From an uncultured Nitrososphaerales archaeon (lineage in GTDB: Archaea; Thermoproteota; Nitrososphaeria; Nitrososphaerales; Gagatemarchaeaceae), in NCBI GenBank assembly GCA_963706445.1, contig OY970160.1:896001-960000 (forward strand): a DNA stretch of 64,000 nt, given 5' to 3'. Position numbers and translations under genes: made by a program. Below the pieces are notes generated by a model, which ran no database searches, was not told the DNA's origin, and saw only the letters and a list, made by a program, of their open reading frames with translations. Positions 49,735-59,429 of the stretch are shown piece by piece; the stretch's first letter is position 1, and each line of letters begins with the position of its first letter.

Positions 49735-50769
49735 ATGGTCGAGATGCGGAAGGACTACTTCACCGAGAAGATCTCGATCATATTACCGGACCGAGGCCTG
49801 AAGCCGGGCCAGGTGCTACCGCAAAAGCAGGAGAAGTGCAACTACTGCGCTGGGAACGAAGAGCTCACACCCCCCGCCGACCTTGTGCTCGTAAAGCGCG
49901 GAGACACATTGCTGAAGCAGACCGACTCGGAGGGGGACATCGTCAAGAACTGGTCTGTGAGGATATTCCCTGCCAAGAACCCGGTGGTCACCCCGAACGC
50001 CCCTCCATCATACGGGGATTCCCCCCACTTCAGCGAGCCTGCGGTCGGCTATCATTACGTCCTCGTCGCCACCCCCAAGCACGACCAGCCTTTCTCGAAG
50101 ATAGATGTGGAGCAGTGGACGAACATCCTCGCCTCGCTCCAGGACAAGGTGAGGTGGCTCTACTCACAGAAAGGAGTGAGCTACGTTCTGGTCTATGTGA
50201 ACAGCGAAAGGGAAGGGACCCCGACGGCCGTCCACCCCAACATCCAGATGGTGACCACCCCCAGGGTCCCCCCCGCCGTCGAGGAAGAGGCGGATACAGT
50301 GCAGACCTCGCTCAACGACCTGGGGGTCTGTCCGATGTGCCAGGTCGTCGGGACGGAGACTGGGGGACCGAGGCAGATTCTTGCTACGGACTTCTTCCTT
50401 GCCTTCGCGCCCTGGGTGTCGACGCACCCGTTCGAGTTCTGGGTCTACCCGAAGAGGCACATGACCAGCATACTCAAGCTCTCGCAGAAGGAGATGATGG
50501 ACCTAGCTCTCATGCTGAGGTCGACCCTAGGTGGGATGGCCAAGGCCCTCGACTCCCCCAGCTTCACATTGGTCTTCCACAGCTCTTCGGAGAAGAAGAC
50601 GACGAAGCAGATACACTGGCACATCGAGGTGTACCCGAAGCGGAAACAGTGGACCGGGCTGGAGCTAGGTGGAGGGATCTATGTCAGCGAGGTTTCCCCG
50701 GAGGGTGCCGCCCAAGTATTGGGCGCGAGCTCGAGGAAGGAGCTGGCCCAGCTCGTGGGCATACGATAG
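49735..50769 (+). CDS. GalT-like HIT-fold protein with degenerate active site
   Basis: EMRKD, CNYCAGNE, CPMC, FEFWVYPKRH, HWHIEVYP; HPH motif reads HPN. Confidence 0.8.
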   Translation: MVEMRKDYFTEKISIILPDRGLKPGQVLPQKQEKCNYCAGNEELTPPADLVLVKRGDTLLKQTDSEGDIVKNWSVRIFPAKNPVVTPNAPPSYGDSPHFSEPAVGYHYVLVATPKHDQPFSKIDVEQWTNILASLQDKVRWLYSQKGVSYVLVYVNSEREGTPTAVHPNIQMVTTPRVPPAVEEEADTVQTSLNDLGVCPMCQVVGTETGGPRQILATDFFLAFAPWVSTHPFEFWVYPKRHMTSILKLSQKEMMDLALMLRSTLGGMAKALDSPSFTLVFHSSSEKKTTKQIHWHIEVYPKRKQWTGLELGGGIYVSEVSPEGAAQVLGASSRKELAQLVGIR

Positions 50770-51795
50770 TCAGCTTCCTTTCTTCAGGGTGTCTATCAGC
50801 TTGGTCGGGAAGGGGTCCCTTCCCAGGCCGATTGCTGTGTAGTATGACGTGACGTCCAGGCGGTAGGCCATCGTAGCGAGCCTGGCTAGACTCGTGCCTC
50901 CCCGGCCGCTCACCTGAATGGGTCTCTTTCCTCCCTTACGCAGTATGCTGACCATCTTGTCAGCTCGAGTCCTGTCCCGGTCGCTCTCCGAGGGGTGCCT
51001 GAGGAAAATCGGGAGGAACGCGACGCTCGGGTCCTCCCACGATTCTATTTCGTTGTGGAAGGCGTCGGGTATCCCGTCGAAGTGCGCGTGCTTCTTGGAA
51101 TTCTCGTTAAGGACATTCTTGAACCTGATACCGACCCCCCGGGTCACCCTGGCCCCATAGATGCTCGGCGTCTTGTGCAGGAGCGCGAGGGCGAGGCGCT
51201 TGGAGCCGTTCCTCGAGAGCGGGACGGACCTTACTATCTTCTTCCTCTCGACCTCCATGGCGGAGAAAGCGTCCTCTGCCTCATCCTCGCACCCCAGCCC
51301 GAGCCCCCTGTTGATCACAGCGAGAGTCGAGAAGGCAATGAACGGGAGCATGTACCTTGGGGCGACGACCTTCGGCATGTCGATGTGGGGGACCCCCAGT
51401 TTCGCCGCCTCCTCCTTCACCATCCCCCCTCCGGAGATTGCGAGTACCCTGGCCCCGCGCTGGACCGCCGCCCTGAGCATTTCGATGGTCTCCATGGTCT
51501 GCCCGGAAGCGCTACAAGCGACGGCCACGGAATCGTGCATGTCAGCAACGAGTATCTTTCCCTTGAACACGGCGATCTCAATCCCTGACCTGTCCGAGGC
51601 CCACCCGGCGATGATATCCCCACCCGACGCCGACCCGCCCATGCCGAGGACGAACGCTTTCTTCGCCGCGCCCGCTGGGAGCTCTACTTTTGCCTCGAAG
51701 CCTTCCCTCGCTAGTGATGGCCACCCATCGTAGATCTCATAGACACTGGAACGGTCAATCCTATCAACTCGGGAGTCTGAGAATGGGTCATTCAA
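50770..51795 (-). CDS. Bifunctional phosphoglucose/phosphomannose isomerase (SIS)
   Basis: GMGGSASGG, SASGQTMET, APR, LNENSK, FHNEIE. Confidence 0.88.
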   Translation of the reverse strand: MNDPFSDSRVDRIDRSSVYEIYDGWPSLAREGFEAKVELPAGAAKKAFVLGMGGSASGGDIIAGWASDRSGIEIAVFKGKILVADMHDSVAVACSASGQTMETIEMLRAAVQRGARVLAISGGGMVKEEAAKLGVPHIDMPKVVAPRYMLPFIAFSTLAVINRGLGLGCEDEAEDAFSAMEVERKKIVRSVPLSRNGSKRLALALLHKTPSIYGARVTRGVGIRFKNVLNENSKKHAHFDGIPDAFHNEIESWEDPSVAFLPIFLRHPSESDRDRTRADKMVSILRKGGKRPIQVSGRGGTSLARLATMAYRLDVTSYYTAIGLGRDPFPTKLIDTLKKGS

Positions 51796-51882
51796 TTGAT
51801 GCTACGGCCGCGTTATGGATCCCCTCAGCCGTTCTGCTTTAAGTTCGACGCTAGGGACGCGCCAGGCTGCACCACCGGAACT

Positions 51883-53127
51883 TCACTGGATGCGGCCCTT
51901 CTTGACCCCGGCCTTCCGCCGCTCCTTCGAGGTCGATGCGAAGGTCCGCCTTATGAGCCCTTCCTCGTTGCGTCCTAGGGTCATCCCCCGCCTCTCCATC
52001 ATTCTACGCTGGGTCTCGATCACAGATTCCAGCAGGAGCTCGACCGATTTTCTTCGACCGGTGTCAATGAACGCGTAGCTGGGGACGTCGGCTACCGCGA
52101 GACCTGAGAGATGAGACCCTGCGCCAACCGTCTTCCCCGCGTAGACCATCGAGCCGATGGATAGCTTGGCCATGTCCCCCACTGCCGGGCCGAGCTTCAG
52201 CATCCCAGTGTCGACCTTCTTGTCCCCTGCTTTCACCCTGACGTTCCCGTAGGTGTTCTTGAGGTTGCTGAAGGTGCACCCGGCGCCAAGATTCACCCAC
52301 GACCCGACGTACGAGTCCCCCACGTACCCGTGGTGGGCCTTGTTGGCGTATGGGAGAATGACCGAGTTCTCGACCTGCCCTCCTATCTTGCAACCTTCGA
52401 AGATCGACGTCCCTCCCCCGATAAGGGCGGAGTAGACCTTCGTCTTTGAACCGATATAGCATGGCCCCATGATCCTGCTGAAGCTCTCGACCGAGGCACC
52501 TCTGCCGATGATTATCGGTCCTAGCCTCGCGTCCAGCGTTACGTGCCCCTCCACCTCGGCCCCACCCTCGACCATGATGTTCGAGGCGGGCCCTCTTACT
52601 TCGACCGACCCAAGCATCGGGAGAGAGTCTTCGAAGTGCCTGGCCTGCTCCGCAATTGCCAGGCCATTTGTTGCCACCAGGTCCCAGTATCCCCTGAACA
52701 GGGAGTCCGGCGGGGGGTTGACCCTCTTCACCTTCTTTGCGATACCGGCTGCCTCCCGCCTGGTGATGACCCCTGGCTTCAACTGCACGGACTCAATCCG
52801 TGCCGCCACCAATTCGCCGTCGGAGACTGCGGCGAACGGCTCAGAGCGAGACGCTGGCAAGAGGAGGCTTTCGTTCGGCCGTGCCCTGGCGTTGACGAGG
52901 AAGGCCGGGCCGTAGACCTTCTGGTTGTAGCCACACTGGGTCTGTTCATTCGTCACCCCCAACAGCTCTGGGCGCCCCCAGAGTTCCACGTCTGTCGCGT
53001 CTGGGATGGCTTCGACCAGCGAATCGAGGAGCCGCTTGGTCCCCCATCGTAGGAGGCTGGTGTGCCTGAGGAGGGTGAGGGGGCCGAACCCAGCCAATCC
53101 ATCGTCTTCGAATACGATGATTTTCAT
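51883..53127 (-). CDS. GlmU-like putative sugar nucleotidyltransferase with hexapeptide repeats
   Basis: FED...FGPLT, KIGGQVENS, NKAHHGYVGDSYVGSWVNLGAG...SNLKNTYG. Confidence 0.85.
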   Translation of the reverse strand: MKIIVFEDDGLAGFGPLTLLRHTSLLRWGTKRLLDSLVEAIPDATDVELWGRPELLGVTNEQTQCGYNQKVYGPAFLVNARARPNESLLLPASRSEPFAAVSDGELVAARIESVQLKPGVITRREAAGIAKKVKRVNPPPDSLFRGYWDLVATNGLAIAEQARHFEDSLPMLGSVEVRGPASNIMVEGGAEVEGHVTLDARLGPIIIGRGASVESFSRIMGPCYIGSKTKVYSALIGGGTSIFEGCKIGGQVENSVILPYANKAHHGYVGDSYVGSWVNLGAGCTFSNLKNTYGNVRVKAGDKKVDTGMLKLGPAVGDMAKLSIGSMVYAGKTVGAGSHLSGLAVADVPSYAFIDTGRRKSVELLLESVIETQRRMMERRGMTLGRNEEGLIRRTFASTSKERRKAGVKKGRIQ

Positions 53128-53207
53128 CCCGGCCGCGTCATCTCCTTCCGTGGTTCACTTGCTGCTGGCCTGAGCCTACCACCAGGCTTGGATAGAAACC
53201 TGCCAAC

Positions 53208-53927
53208 CTAGAGCAGCCTGCCCATCTTCTTGGTGAATTCCTCGTTTGCCTCCCGGTAGGACTTCGTGTCTCCGATGTCGGTGAAGTGTCCTGCCATCCG
53301 CACGCCATAGACCCTGCCGCACTTGATGGCTTTATCGAACGCCTCTCTCATTCCATACATCTGATTCCCAGGGATATTGCGGAGGAACTCCTTCTCCATC
53401 ACGTAACATCCCACATTGATGTATCCGGAGATGGGGGGTTTTTCCTTCCATGCGGTGATGACCCCGGCCTTGTCAGTCTCCAGAAAGCCGTACTTCAGGT
53501 TGGTGCTGTATTTCATGAGGGCGATGGTCGCGAGCGCCTCATGGCTGTCGTGGAACTTGATCAGCTTCTTCAGGTCCATCTCCAAAATGGCGTCTCCGTA
53601 GACGCAGACGAAACTCCCCCTTAGCTTGCTTTCGGCTGTTTTCAGCTGCCCGGCGATGCCCAGCGGATGAGGGGACTTCGCATACTGTATCTTCACTCCC
53701 CAGTCCTTCCCAACCCCGAAGTATTCCTGAATCGTCTTGCCGAGGTACCCCGTCGATATTATGATGTCGGTGACTCCGTTCTCCTTCAGCCAGTCGATGA
53801 TGTGCTCGAGTATGGGCCTTGGACCGACAGGGAGCATGGGCTTCGGGAGGAGGAGCGTGTAGGGGCGGAGACGGGTGCCGAGGCCCCCCGCGAGAATGAC
53901 GGCCTGTATCCTATGATTCTTCTTCAA
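53208..53927 (-). CDS. NDP-sugar synthase (mannose/glucose-1-P nucleotidyltransferase family)
   Basis: ILAGGLGTRLRP...PKPM, EKP, INVGCY, DIG. Confidence 0.9.
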   Translation of the reverse strand: MKKNHRIQAVILAGGLGTRLRPYTLLLPKPMLPVGPRPILEHIIDWLKENGVTDIIISTGYLGKTIQEYFGVGKDWGVKIQYAKSPHPLGIAGQLKTAESKLRGSFVCVYGDAILEMDLKKLIKFHDSHEALATIALMKYSTNLKYGFLETDKAGVITAWKEKPPISGYINVGCYVMEKEFLRNIPGNQMYGMREAFDKAIKCGRVYGVRMAGHFTDIGDTKSYREANEEFTKKMGRLL

Positions 53928-54630
53928 GCCCCGCCAGCGGGCTAAAGGATGTTATTTCTTCTTTATACGCCTCATCTGTTCCGGATAGTACGCACGGGTC
54001 GACGATCAGGCCCTTTACCCCGAGCTGGAGGATGCTGGCTATGTCCCCCCTTGTGAGCTTCTTTTGGGTCCTGAGGAGCACCGGCTTTGCGGAAAGCTTG
54101 GCGATCACCCCTAGCGTGGCGTAATCCAGGACGCTGAAGGGCGCCCCCCTGTGCTGGTGCGGGACTGTCGCGACGTCTACGGCCTCGACACCATCCATCT
54201 CTGAAAGCTGCTTGACCTGCTCAAGGATGTACCCCGAGGCTATGGCGGACACCTTCTTGATGCGCCTGTCGGAGAGGATGAACGTGGGCATCTGGTGGGC
54301 GTACATCTCGACGAAGCTGAAGGCGCTTGACATTATCCGCTCCCAATAGTCTTCGGTCACGAGCCTTGCCCCGCCGATGAACAGCCCGCAGGGGATCGAC
54401 ACCGTGGATATGACGTCGTTGATGTAGGCGTCGTGGAGGTCGTAGCTCCCGAAGTGGCTCGGGGAAGAGCTCTCGTCTCCGTCTACGTTGAGCATTACCG
54501 CGTCGGCGCCCCCCTCGACTGCCTGGACCGCCAGAGAGGTGCTGTTCTTCGGCAAGCTCGCTATGACTGTGTATTTCCTCCCGTCCGACATGACTTCCAG
54601 TGGCCGTCGCAGCTGACTTGCGGACTCCAT
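53911..54630 (-). CDS. Hypothetical protein, possible beta/alpha barrel
   Basis: IASLPKN..SLA..A.EGGADAV; alternating beta/alpha pattern; host-like codons. Confidence 0.6.
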   Translation of the reverse strand: MESASQLRRPLEVMSDGRKYTVIASLPKNSTSLAVQAVEGGADAVMLNVDGDESSSPSHFGSYDLHDAYINDVISTVSIPCGLFIGGARLVTEDYWERIMSSAFSFVEMYAHQMPTFILSDRRIKKVSAIASGYILEQVKQLSEMDGVEAVDVATVPHQHRGAPFSVLDYATLGVIAKLSAKPVLLRTQKKLTRGDIASILQLGVKGLIVDPCVLSGTDEAYKEEITSFSPLAGLEEES

Positions 54631-54720
54631 TCTCCCTTTTTTGATAGAGCCTCGAAGACCTTAGAAAAGAACGGCTCAATTGTGGTTAATGATGTGATAA
54701 ACTCGTTTACATCTTTGGTG

Positions 54721-55608
54721 TCAGGCAGTGACCCAGACGGTCAGGCCCAGTACCAAGAAGATGATCGTTAGGTAGGGGCTGGTCAGCTTGAAGAGGGTCC
54801 AGGCGGTCTTGTTGCTCTGGGTCAGGGCGAGCTTTGCGCTGTAGGCGAGGACGATGCCTCCGAGGACTACGGCCGTCAGCACGTAGAAGATGCTGACCAC
54901 CGGGGTGAAGAGGAAGATGGCGACCGAGAAAACTGTAAGGAGTGCGCTGGTCCCTGCCACACATATTGATGCGACCCTATCACCGAAAACTATCGGGAGC
55001 ATGGGGACCTTGGCCGCTTCGTAGTCGCTCCTGTTGAATATGGCTAGGCTCCAGATATGGGTGGGTATCCATACTATGACGAGTGCAGACATGTAGATCG
55101 CGATGGGAGTTACAGTGTCGGCGACGGCCGTGTATCCCACCAGGACAGGCATGCCGCCGGAGATTCCTCCAAGGATAATGTTGAGCCAGCTCCTGCGCTT
55201 CAGGAGGAGCGAATAGATCACGATGTTGTCGATGAGGCCAATGATCATGAATGACGCGGAAATCGCGTTAATCAGGAAGAGCGGGACGAGGATGGAGAGG
55301 GCCGCCATGGCTAGGCCGAAGGCGAGGGCTGATCGGGGGTTGACCCTCCCCGAAGGGAGCGCGCGCTTCATTGTGCGCTTCATCATTCCGTCGATGTCCC
55401 TGTCGTGGTAGTTCGTCAACACCTCAGCCGAGGCGCTCCCGATGATCAGTGCGATGACACCGGTTGCGAACAGCCCCAGAGACAGAGACGCACCAGGCGT
55501 CTCTTTGAAAGCGACGAGCATGGCGATGGCCCCAGTGAAGACCAGGAGGCCCCAGATCCTCGGCTTGGTGAGACGCCAATAATCCTCGATGGTCTGTCTC
55601 ATAGGCAT
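54721..55608 (-). CDS. cyoE: Protoheme IX farnesyltransferase (heme O synthase)
   Basis: LTKPRI, DRDID.MM.RT..R.LPSG, LKRR, WIPTH.W.LA, DY..A.VPMLP. Confidence 0.95.
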   Translation of the reverse strand: MPMRQTIEDYWRLTKPRIWGLLVFTGAIAMLVAFKETPGASLSLGLFATGVIALIIGSASAEVLTNYHDRDIDGMMKRTMKRALPSGRVNPRSALAFGLAMAALSILVPLFLINAISASFMIIGLIDNIVIYSLLLKRRSWLNIILGGISGGMPVLVGYTAVADTVTPIAIYMSALVIVWIPTHIWSLAIFNRSDYEAAKVPMLPIVFGDRVASICVAGTSALLTVFSVAIFLFTPVVSIFYVLTAVVLGGIVLAYSAKLALTQSNKTAWTLFKLTSPYLTIIFLVLGLTVWVTA

Positions 55609-55659
55609 TTGATTCGACGCCTCCTCTCCGCAGTTAAAACGTTAGCGGACTCTGGAGGA

Positions 55660-56616
55660 CTAGGGCCCTACCACTTCGAGCGGATGGTCCTCCGCCATCT
55701 CTTCTTCTGACACGACTCCAGTGAACAGGGTCAGATCGGCGGGAAACTGGCGCGGGGTGAAGTGCACCTGATAGAAGTGGAAGACCCCGAGGAACAGAAC
55801 GGCCAGGAGAGCCTCCTTGACATGGAAAATGAATGCCAGTCCTCCCTCAGCGTTGAGGCCTCCGGACCAGATGAGAAGCCCCGGGAGCCCGAGGATGACC
55901 ATCCCCCAGTAAATCCCCCAGTAGTCGAACTTCTGGGCGTAGGAGTATTTCCCGAACTTCGGCTTCGGACCCCTTCCCAAATAGAACTTTAGGCTCGCGA
56001 AGAGGTCTGAGATGTCCTTCCTGTGGAAGTTGATGTCGAACCTAGCCGGCTGCTTGAGGAGCCTGTTCGTGAGGTACTTCGCAGAGTAATAGCCGAAATG
56101 ATAGGCGACGAGGACCCCCATGACTATGGCGGACCCGTAGTGTATGTCCAACGTCTGGGAAAGGCCGCCGAGGTAGCCCGCCACAGAGCTCCCCCATGAC
56201 AAATAGAACATCAGCGTGAAGCCCGTAAGGGCGGATATCCCTGTCGAAGCGATAAGGGTCAGGTGCTGGAAGGTCTCGTTCAGAGAGAACCTCTTCACCT
56301 TTGGGACCGACTTGTCCATCTTCGGTTTCTTGACTCTGTAGGCCGCGGTGGTCATCAAGTCGAGGGAATTGTGGACCAAGGCTATGAGGATCAGGATGGT
56401 GATGAGCAGGTCGAAGCCGAAACCTATGACTCCGTTCGCAGTGAACTGCACTGTGGTCGTGACCATGGGCTCGATGACCAGCGTCACAAGCCAGATTAGG
56501 CAGATCGAGGAAATCAGAGAAAATGTCACGATGCTTCCAATGACGCGGCCGGTGAACAGCCTGTCCCCTGGGGAGACGGAGGAGTTGGGACCCGAGTTAA
56601 CTTGGCCTGATTTCAT
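55660..56616 (-). CDS. Di-haem cytochrome b, FdnI/HyaC (formate dehydrogenase gamma) family, with extra N-terminal TM helices
   Basis: RFS...QH, LDIH, KFGKYSYAQKFDYW, IFH...VFH (four His ligands), G.VSEEEM.EDHP. Confidence 0.85.
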   Translation of the reverse strand: MKSGQVNSGPNSSVSPGDRLFTGRVIGSIVTFSLISSICLIWLVTLVIEPMVTTTVQFTANGVIGFGFDLLITILILIALVHNSLDLMTTAAYRVKKPKMDKSVPKVKRFSLNETFQHLTLIASTGISALTGFTLMFYLSWGSSVAGYLGGLSQTLDIHYGSAIVMGVLVAYHFGYYSAKYLTNRLLKQPARFDINFHRKDISDLFASLKFYLGRGPKPKFGKYSYAQKFDYWGIYWGMVILGLPGLLIWSGGLNAEGGLAFIFHVKEALLAVLFLGVFHFYQVHFTPRQFPADLTLFTGVVSEEEMAEDHPLEVVGP

Positions 56617-57527
56617 TTGCGAACGACCAGCTTCCTTGCCCTCAGGGCGACGCCGATGCCGAGCAGGATTCCGATCGCGAGCGCCACCCCCGCGAATATG
56701 TAGAGGGTGACCAGATTCAGCCCTGGGAATCCGGCCAGCAGGTCACTCCCGCTTCCGCTCTGAGTGTTGGTGTTGCTGGGTTGCGACGTTGTGGTCACCC
56801 CTGTAGTGGGATTGCTGGACTGTGTGGTCGTGGTGGTGCTTGAAGCCCCCGAGTAAGTCTGGTTCGACAGAATGAGGCTGTACGTGGCCATGTCGGTCGC
56901 CAGATGTTGACCAGGCGAAGAGAACTCCCCCACGGCAAATGCGATTTCCAGTGGTGTCCCGGAGGCAAAGGCTGTGAACGGGTCGTTCGCCGATGCGTTC
57001 GTCAGGTGGAACGGCCGGTAGCATTCCCCGGTGTAGGTCCCGTTGGAGACCACCAAGGAGCAGACCGATTGGGTGGCGTATCCGCTCTGTTCAACTGATG
57101 CGGGGGTGGTGTCCCCCGTCGAGATGAACTCGTCGTAGCCGCTCTGGAACGCAGTACTTAGGAGGATCATGATCGTCGGGGTGGAGGCGCTTCCCATCTC
57201 GCCGTAGTTGCTCGAATTCGCTATCTCGATCCCTCCGAAGCACCACTTGTCGTAGCAGTAGGACGAGGATTGCTGCCACTCCAGCAGGAAGAGCAGACCC
57301 GTACCGTTCTGTTTGAAGGCTACGTTCATCCCTGAAGTGCTTTCGGCTATCAGAGGTGTGTCGCTCCATTCGCCTTGCGACACGACTCCGTCAATGGAAA
57401 CAGGCGTCTGTGCTTTGTAGGCGGTGATGGTGGTCAAAGCGCTGACGGGTTGTGCCGCTCCTAGCGACACCGCGAGCAGGCCTGACAGAAGAGCCGCGAG
57501 CAGGATCAGACGCCGCTTCTGAGACAT
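56613..57527 (-). CDS. Secreted, C-terminally anchored DOMON-like domain protein (putative haem b binding)
   Basis: Signal peptide; PVSIDG....GEW, GLLFLLEW, ECYRP, IAFAVG DOMON-like pattern; candidate ligands Met (GEMG) and His (GQH); S/T linker and C-terminal TM helix. Confidence 0.6.
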   Translation of the reverse strand: MSQKRRLILLAALLSGLLAVSLGAAQPVSALTTITAYKAQTPVSIDGVVSQGEWSDTPLIAESTSGMNVAFKQNGTGLLFLLEWQQSSSYCYDKWCFGGIEIANSSNYGEMGSASTPTIMILLSTAFQSGYDEFISTGDTTPASVEQSGYATQSVCSLVVSNGTYTGECYRPFHLTNASANDPFTAFASGTPLEIAFAVGEFSSPGQHLATDMATYSLILSNQTYSGASSTTTTTQSSNPTTGVTTTSQPSNTNTQSGSGSDLLAGFPGLNLVTLYIFAGVALAIGILLGIGVALRARKLVVRK

Positions 57528-57581
57528 GTTAATTTCGTTCCTCTAGGCGTTTCGGAAGGGCGGGATTATACAGCCATCCGG

Positions 57582-57649
57582 GCAAATGTGAGCAAATGCA
57601 CGGATTGGCCTTTAACCGACATGTGCCCTCTTTCACACCCGAAGAAGAT
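57582..57649 (+). promoter_or_regulatory. Conserved promoter/operator of flavoprotein gene 1
   Basis: GCAAATGnnnGCAnnTnCAnGGATnnnnnTTTAAC; TATA-like TTTAAC 39 nt before ATG; aligns without gaps to 61849..61916 (minus strand). Confidence 0.6.
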
Positions 57650-59332
57650 ATGTCGAAAGAAAAGGAAGAAAAAAAGACACAACCAACAAAAGGCATCTCT
57701 AGACGTCAATTCCTCATAGGCACAGTAGGCGGCCTTGCGATTGGTGCGGCAGCGGGAGCTGCGGCCGGTTCGCTTGGGTTCCCGAAAACTCTCACTGCAC
57801 AGCCCTGGATACCCGCGAGTTGGGACGAGACCGCTGACGTCGTGGTCGTCGGGTTCGGATTCGCCGGTCAGGCGGCAGCCATCACGGCCCACGACGCGGG
57901 CGCAAAGGTCATCGTTCTGGAGAAAACGAGCGAAGCACTCTCCGGTGGGAACAGCAGGGTCTGCGGCCAGTGCACCTGGGTGCCTGGTACGAAGAACGAT
58001 GGGTCCGTGGACACCTCTCTAGTGGGCGGGCAGCTCGACTACTTCAAGGCAATGAGCGACGGCCAAGGCTTCCCAGTCCCAGACGACTATCTCGAGATGG
58101 CGGTGAACGAAAGCTCCAAGAACAAGACGTGGCTCGAAGGACTCGGCGCCACGACCACCTGGAGCATGTTCCCTCAACCATTCTACCCACAGCTCAATGG
58201 AGCGGCGGCAGTCAACGGCCCCAATGGAGGGTCATGGAGCGTCAAGGGGACCGAACCCTACGGGAACAACTGGTTCTTCCTCAAGCAACAGGTCGTGAAC
58301 AGGGGAATCAACGTGATGTACGGGACCCCGGCAAAGCAACTCATTCAGAACCCCCAAACCAAGGAAATACTCGGAGTAGTGGCGACAACGAATGGCGGAG
58401 ACATCAACGTGAAGGCAAGCAAGGGAGTGATTCTTGCCACAGGAGGCTACGAATATGCGCCTCAAATGGTAAGGGACTTCCTCAACATCCCCGAAATACA
58501 TTCGCTTGGCTCTCCTTCAAACACGGGAGACGGTCAGATGATGGCCATAGGCGCTGGAGCCGATCTCTGGCACATGGACGTGTTCGCCGCTCCGACGGGA
58601 TGGGCAATCAACCCACCCAACTACCAGTCAGCAATCAACGTATCCACCCCGACAAAGGGAGGCTTCATCTTCGTGGGCGCCGACAGCATGAGGTTCGATG
58701 ACGAGCTATACCCCGTAAGCCCCAATGCGACCCCCGGACTATCCCTGGTGGCCGGCAAGTATTACAAACATGGAGTCTACGTCACTCCACCATACCCGCT
58801 CCCGGTCCACATGGTATTCGACCAAACCGCCATGTCAAGTACGGCCCTGTTCGCTGGAATGGCAGGCCTCGGTTGGGCCCTGAACGTGGAAGGCTTCAAG
58901 GCAAGCCAGGACAACAGCACAGAGCTGGCCAACGGATGGATCGTCAAGGCGGACACAATTCAAGAATTAGCAACATCAATAGGCAAAGACCCCACCATCA
59001 TGTCCAACGAAGTGACCAACTGGAACGCTATGGTTGCGGCGGGCAAAGACAACGAATATGGAAGGACAGCTCAACTCGTCCCAATCTCCACACCTCCGTA
59101 CTACGCCATCGAAATCAAGCCGATGATCCTCAATACCCAAGGCGGTCCAGTCCGCAACTCCAAGGGTCAGATTCTAGACACCAACGGGAATGTCATCCCC
59201 AGGCTCTACGCGGCGGGTGAGAACGGGGAGATATTCAGCTACCTCTACCAGTGTTGCAGGAACGTCTCCCTGTGCTACTCCGTAGGTCGCCTAGCGGCTA
59301 CTGACGCTGCTGGGCTCACTGCTTGGCAGTAG
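57650..59332 (+). CDS. Tat-exported FAD-binding_2 flavoprotein (fumarate reductase/KstD superfamily)
   Basis: ISRRQFL twin-Arg; DVVVVGFGFAG, GVILATGGYE, NTGDG, NTQGGP, LYAAGE; ATG at 57650. Confidence 0.9.
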   Translation: MSKEKEEKKTQPTKGISRRQFLIGTVGGLAIGAAAGAAAGSLGFPKTLTAQPWIPASWDETADVVVVGFGFAGQAAAITAHDAGAKVIVLEKTSEALSGGNSRVCGQCTWVPGTKNDGSVDTSLVGGQLDYFKAMSDGQGFPVPDDYLEMAVNESSKNKTWLEGLGATTTWSMFPQPFYPQLNGAAAVNGPNGGSWSVKGTEPYGNNWFFLKQQVVNRGINVMYGTPAKQLIQNPQTKEILGVVATTNGGDINVKASKGVILATGGYEYAPQMVRDFLNIPEIHSLGSPSNTGDGQMMAIGAGADLWHMDVFAAPTGWAINPPNYQSAINVSTPTKGGFIFVGADSMRFDDELYPVSPNATPGLSLVAGKYYKHGVYVTPPYPLPVHMVFDQTAMSSTALFAGMAGLGWALNVEGFKASQDNSTELANGWIVKADTIQELATSIGKDPTIMSNEVTNWNAMVAAGKDNEYGRTAQLVPISTPPYYAIEIKPMILNTQGGPVRNSKGQILDTNGNVIPRLYAAGENGEIFSYLYQCCRNVSLCYSVGRLAATDAAGLTAWQ

Positions 59333-59346
59333 GCCACAGGAAGACT

Positions 59347-59357
59347 CCCCCTTTTTT
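59347..59357 (+). terminator. Oligo-U terminator
   Basis: CCCCCTTTTTT about 15 nt after the stop of flavoprotein 1. Confidence 0.5.
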
Positions 59358-59429
59358 AATCTGAACCAGTGGAATTCCTAGAAGAGCGCTCTGCGGCGTC
59401 GCACTCTCTTGGTCGTTTGTCGGCCGCCG

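Noticed and set aside
1320-52915. Many long antisense or alternate-frame ORFs (e.g. 1320..2279, 31072..32109, 35157..36053, 39794..40708, 49836..50852)
   Set aside because: These are shadows of real genes in GC-rich DNA; they carry no motifs and have Arg/Pro/Gly-biased composition.
59360-59380. CCAGTGGAA as an ORB-like replication origin box
   Set aside because: It is a single partial match, with no repeats, no AT-rich unwinding element and no cdc6 nearby.
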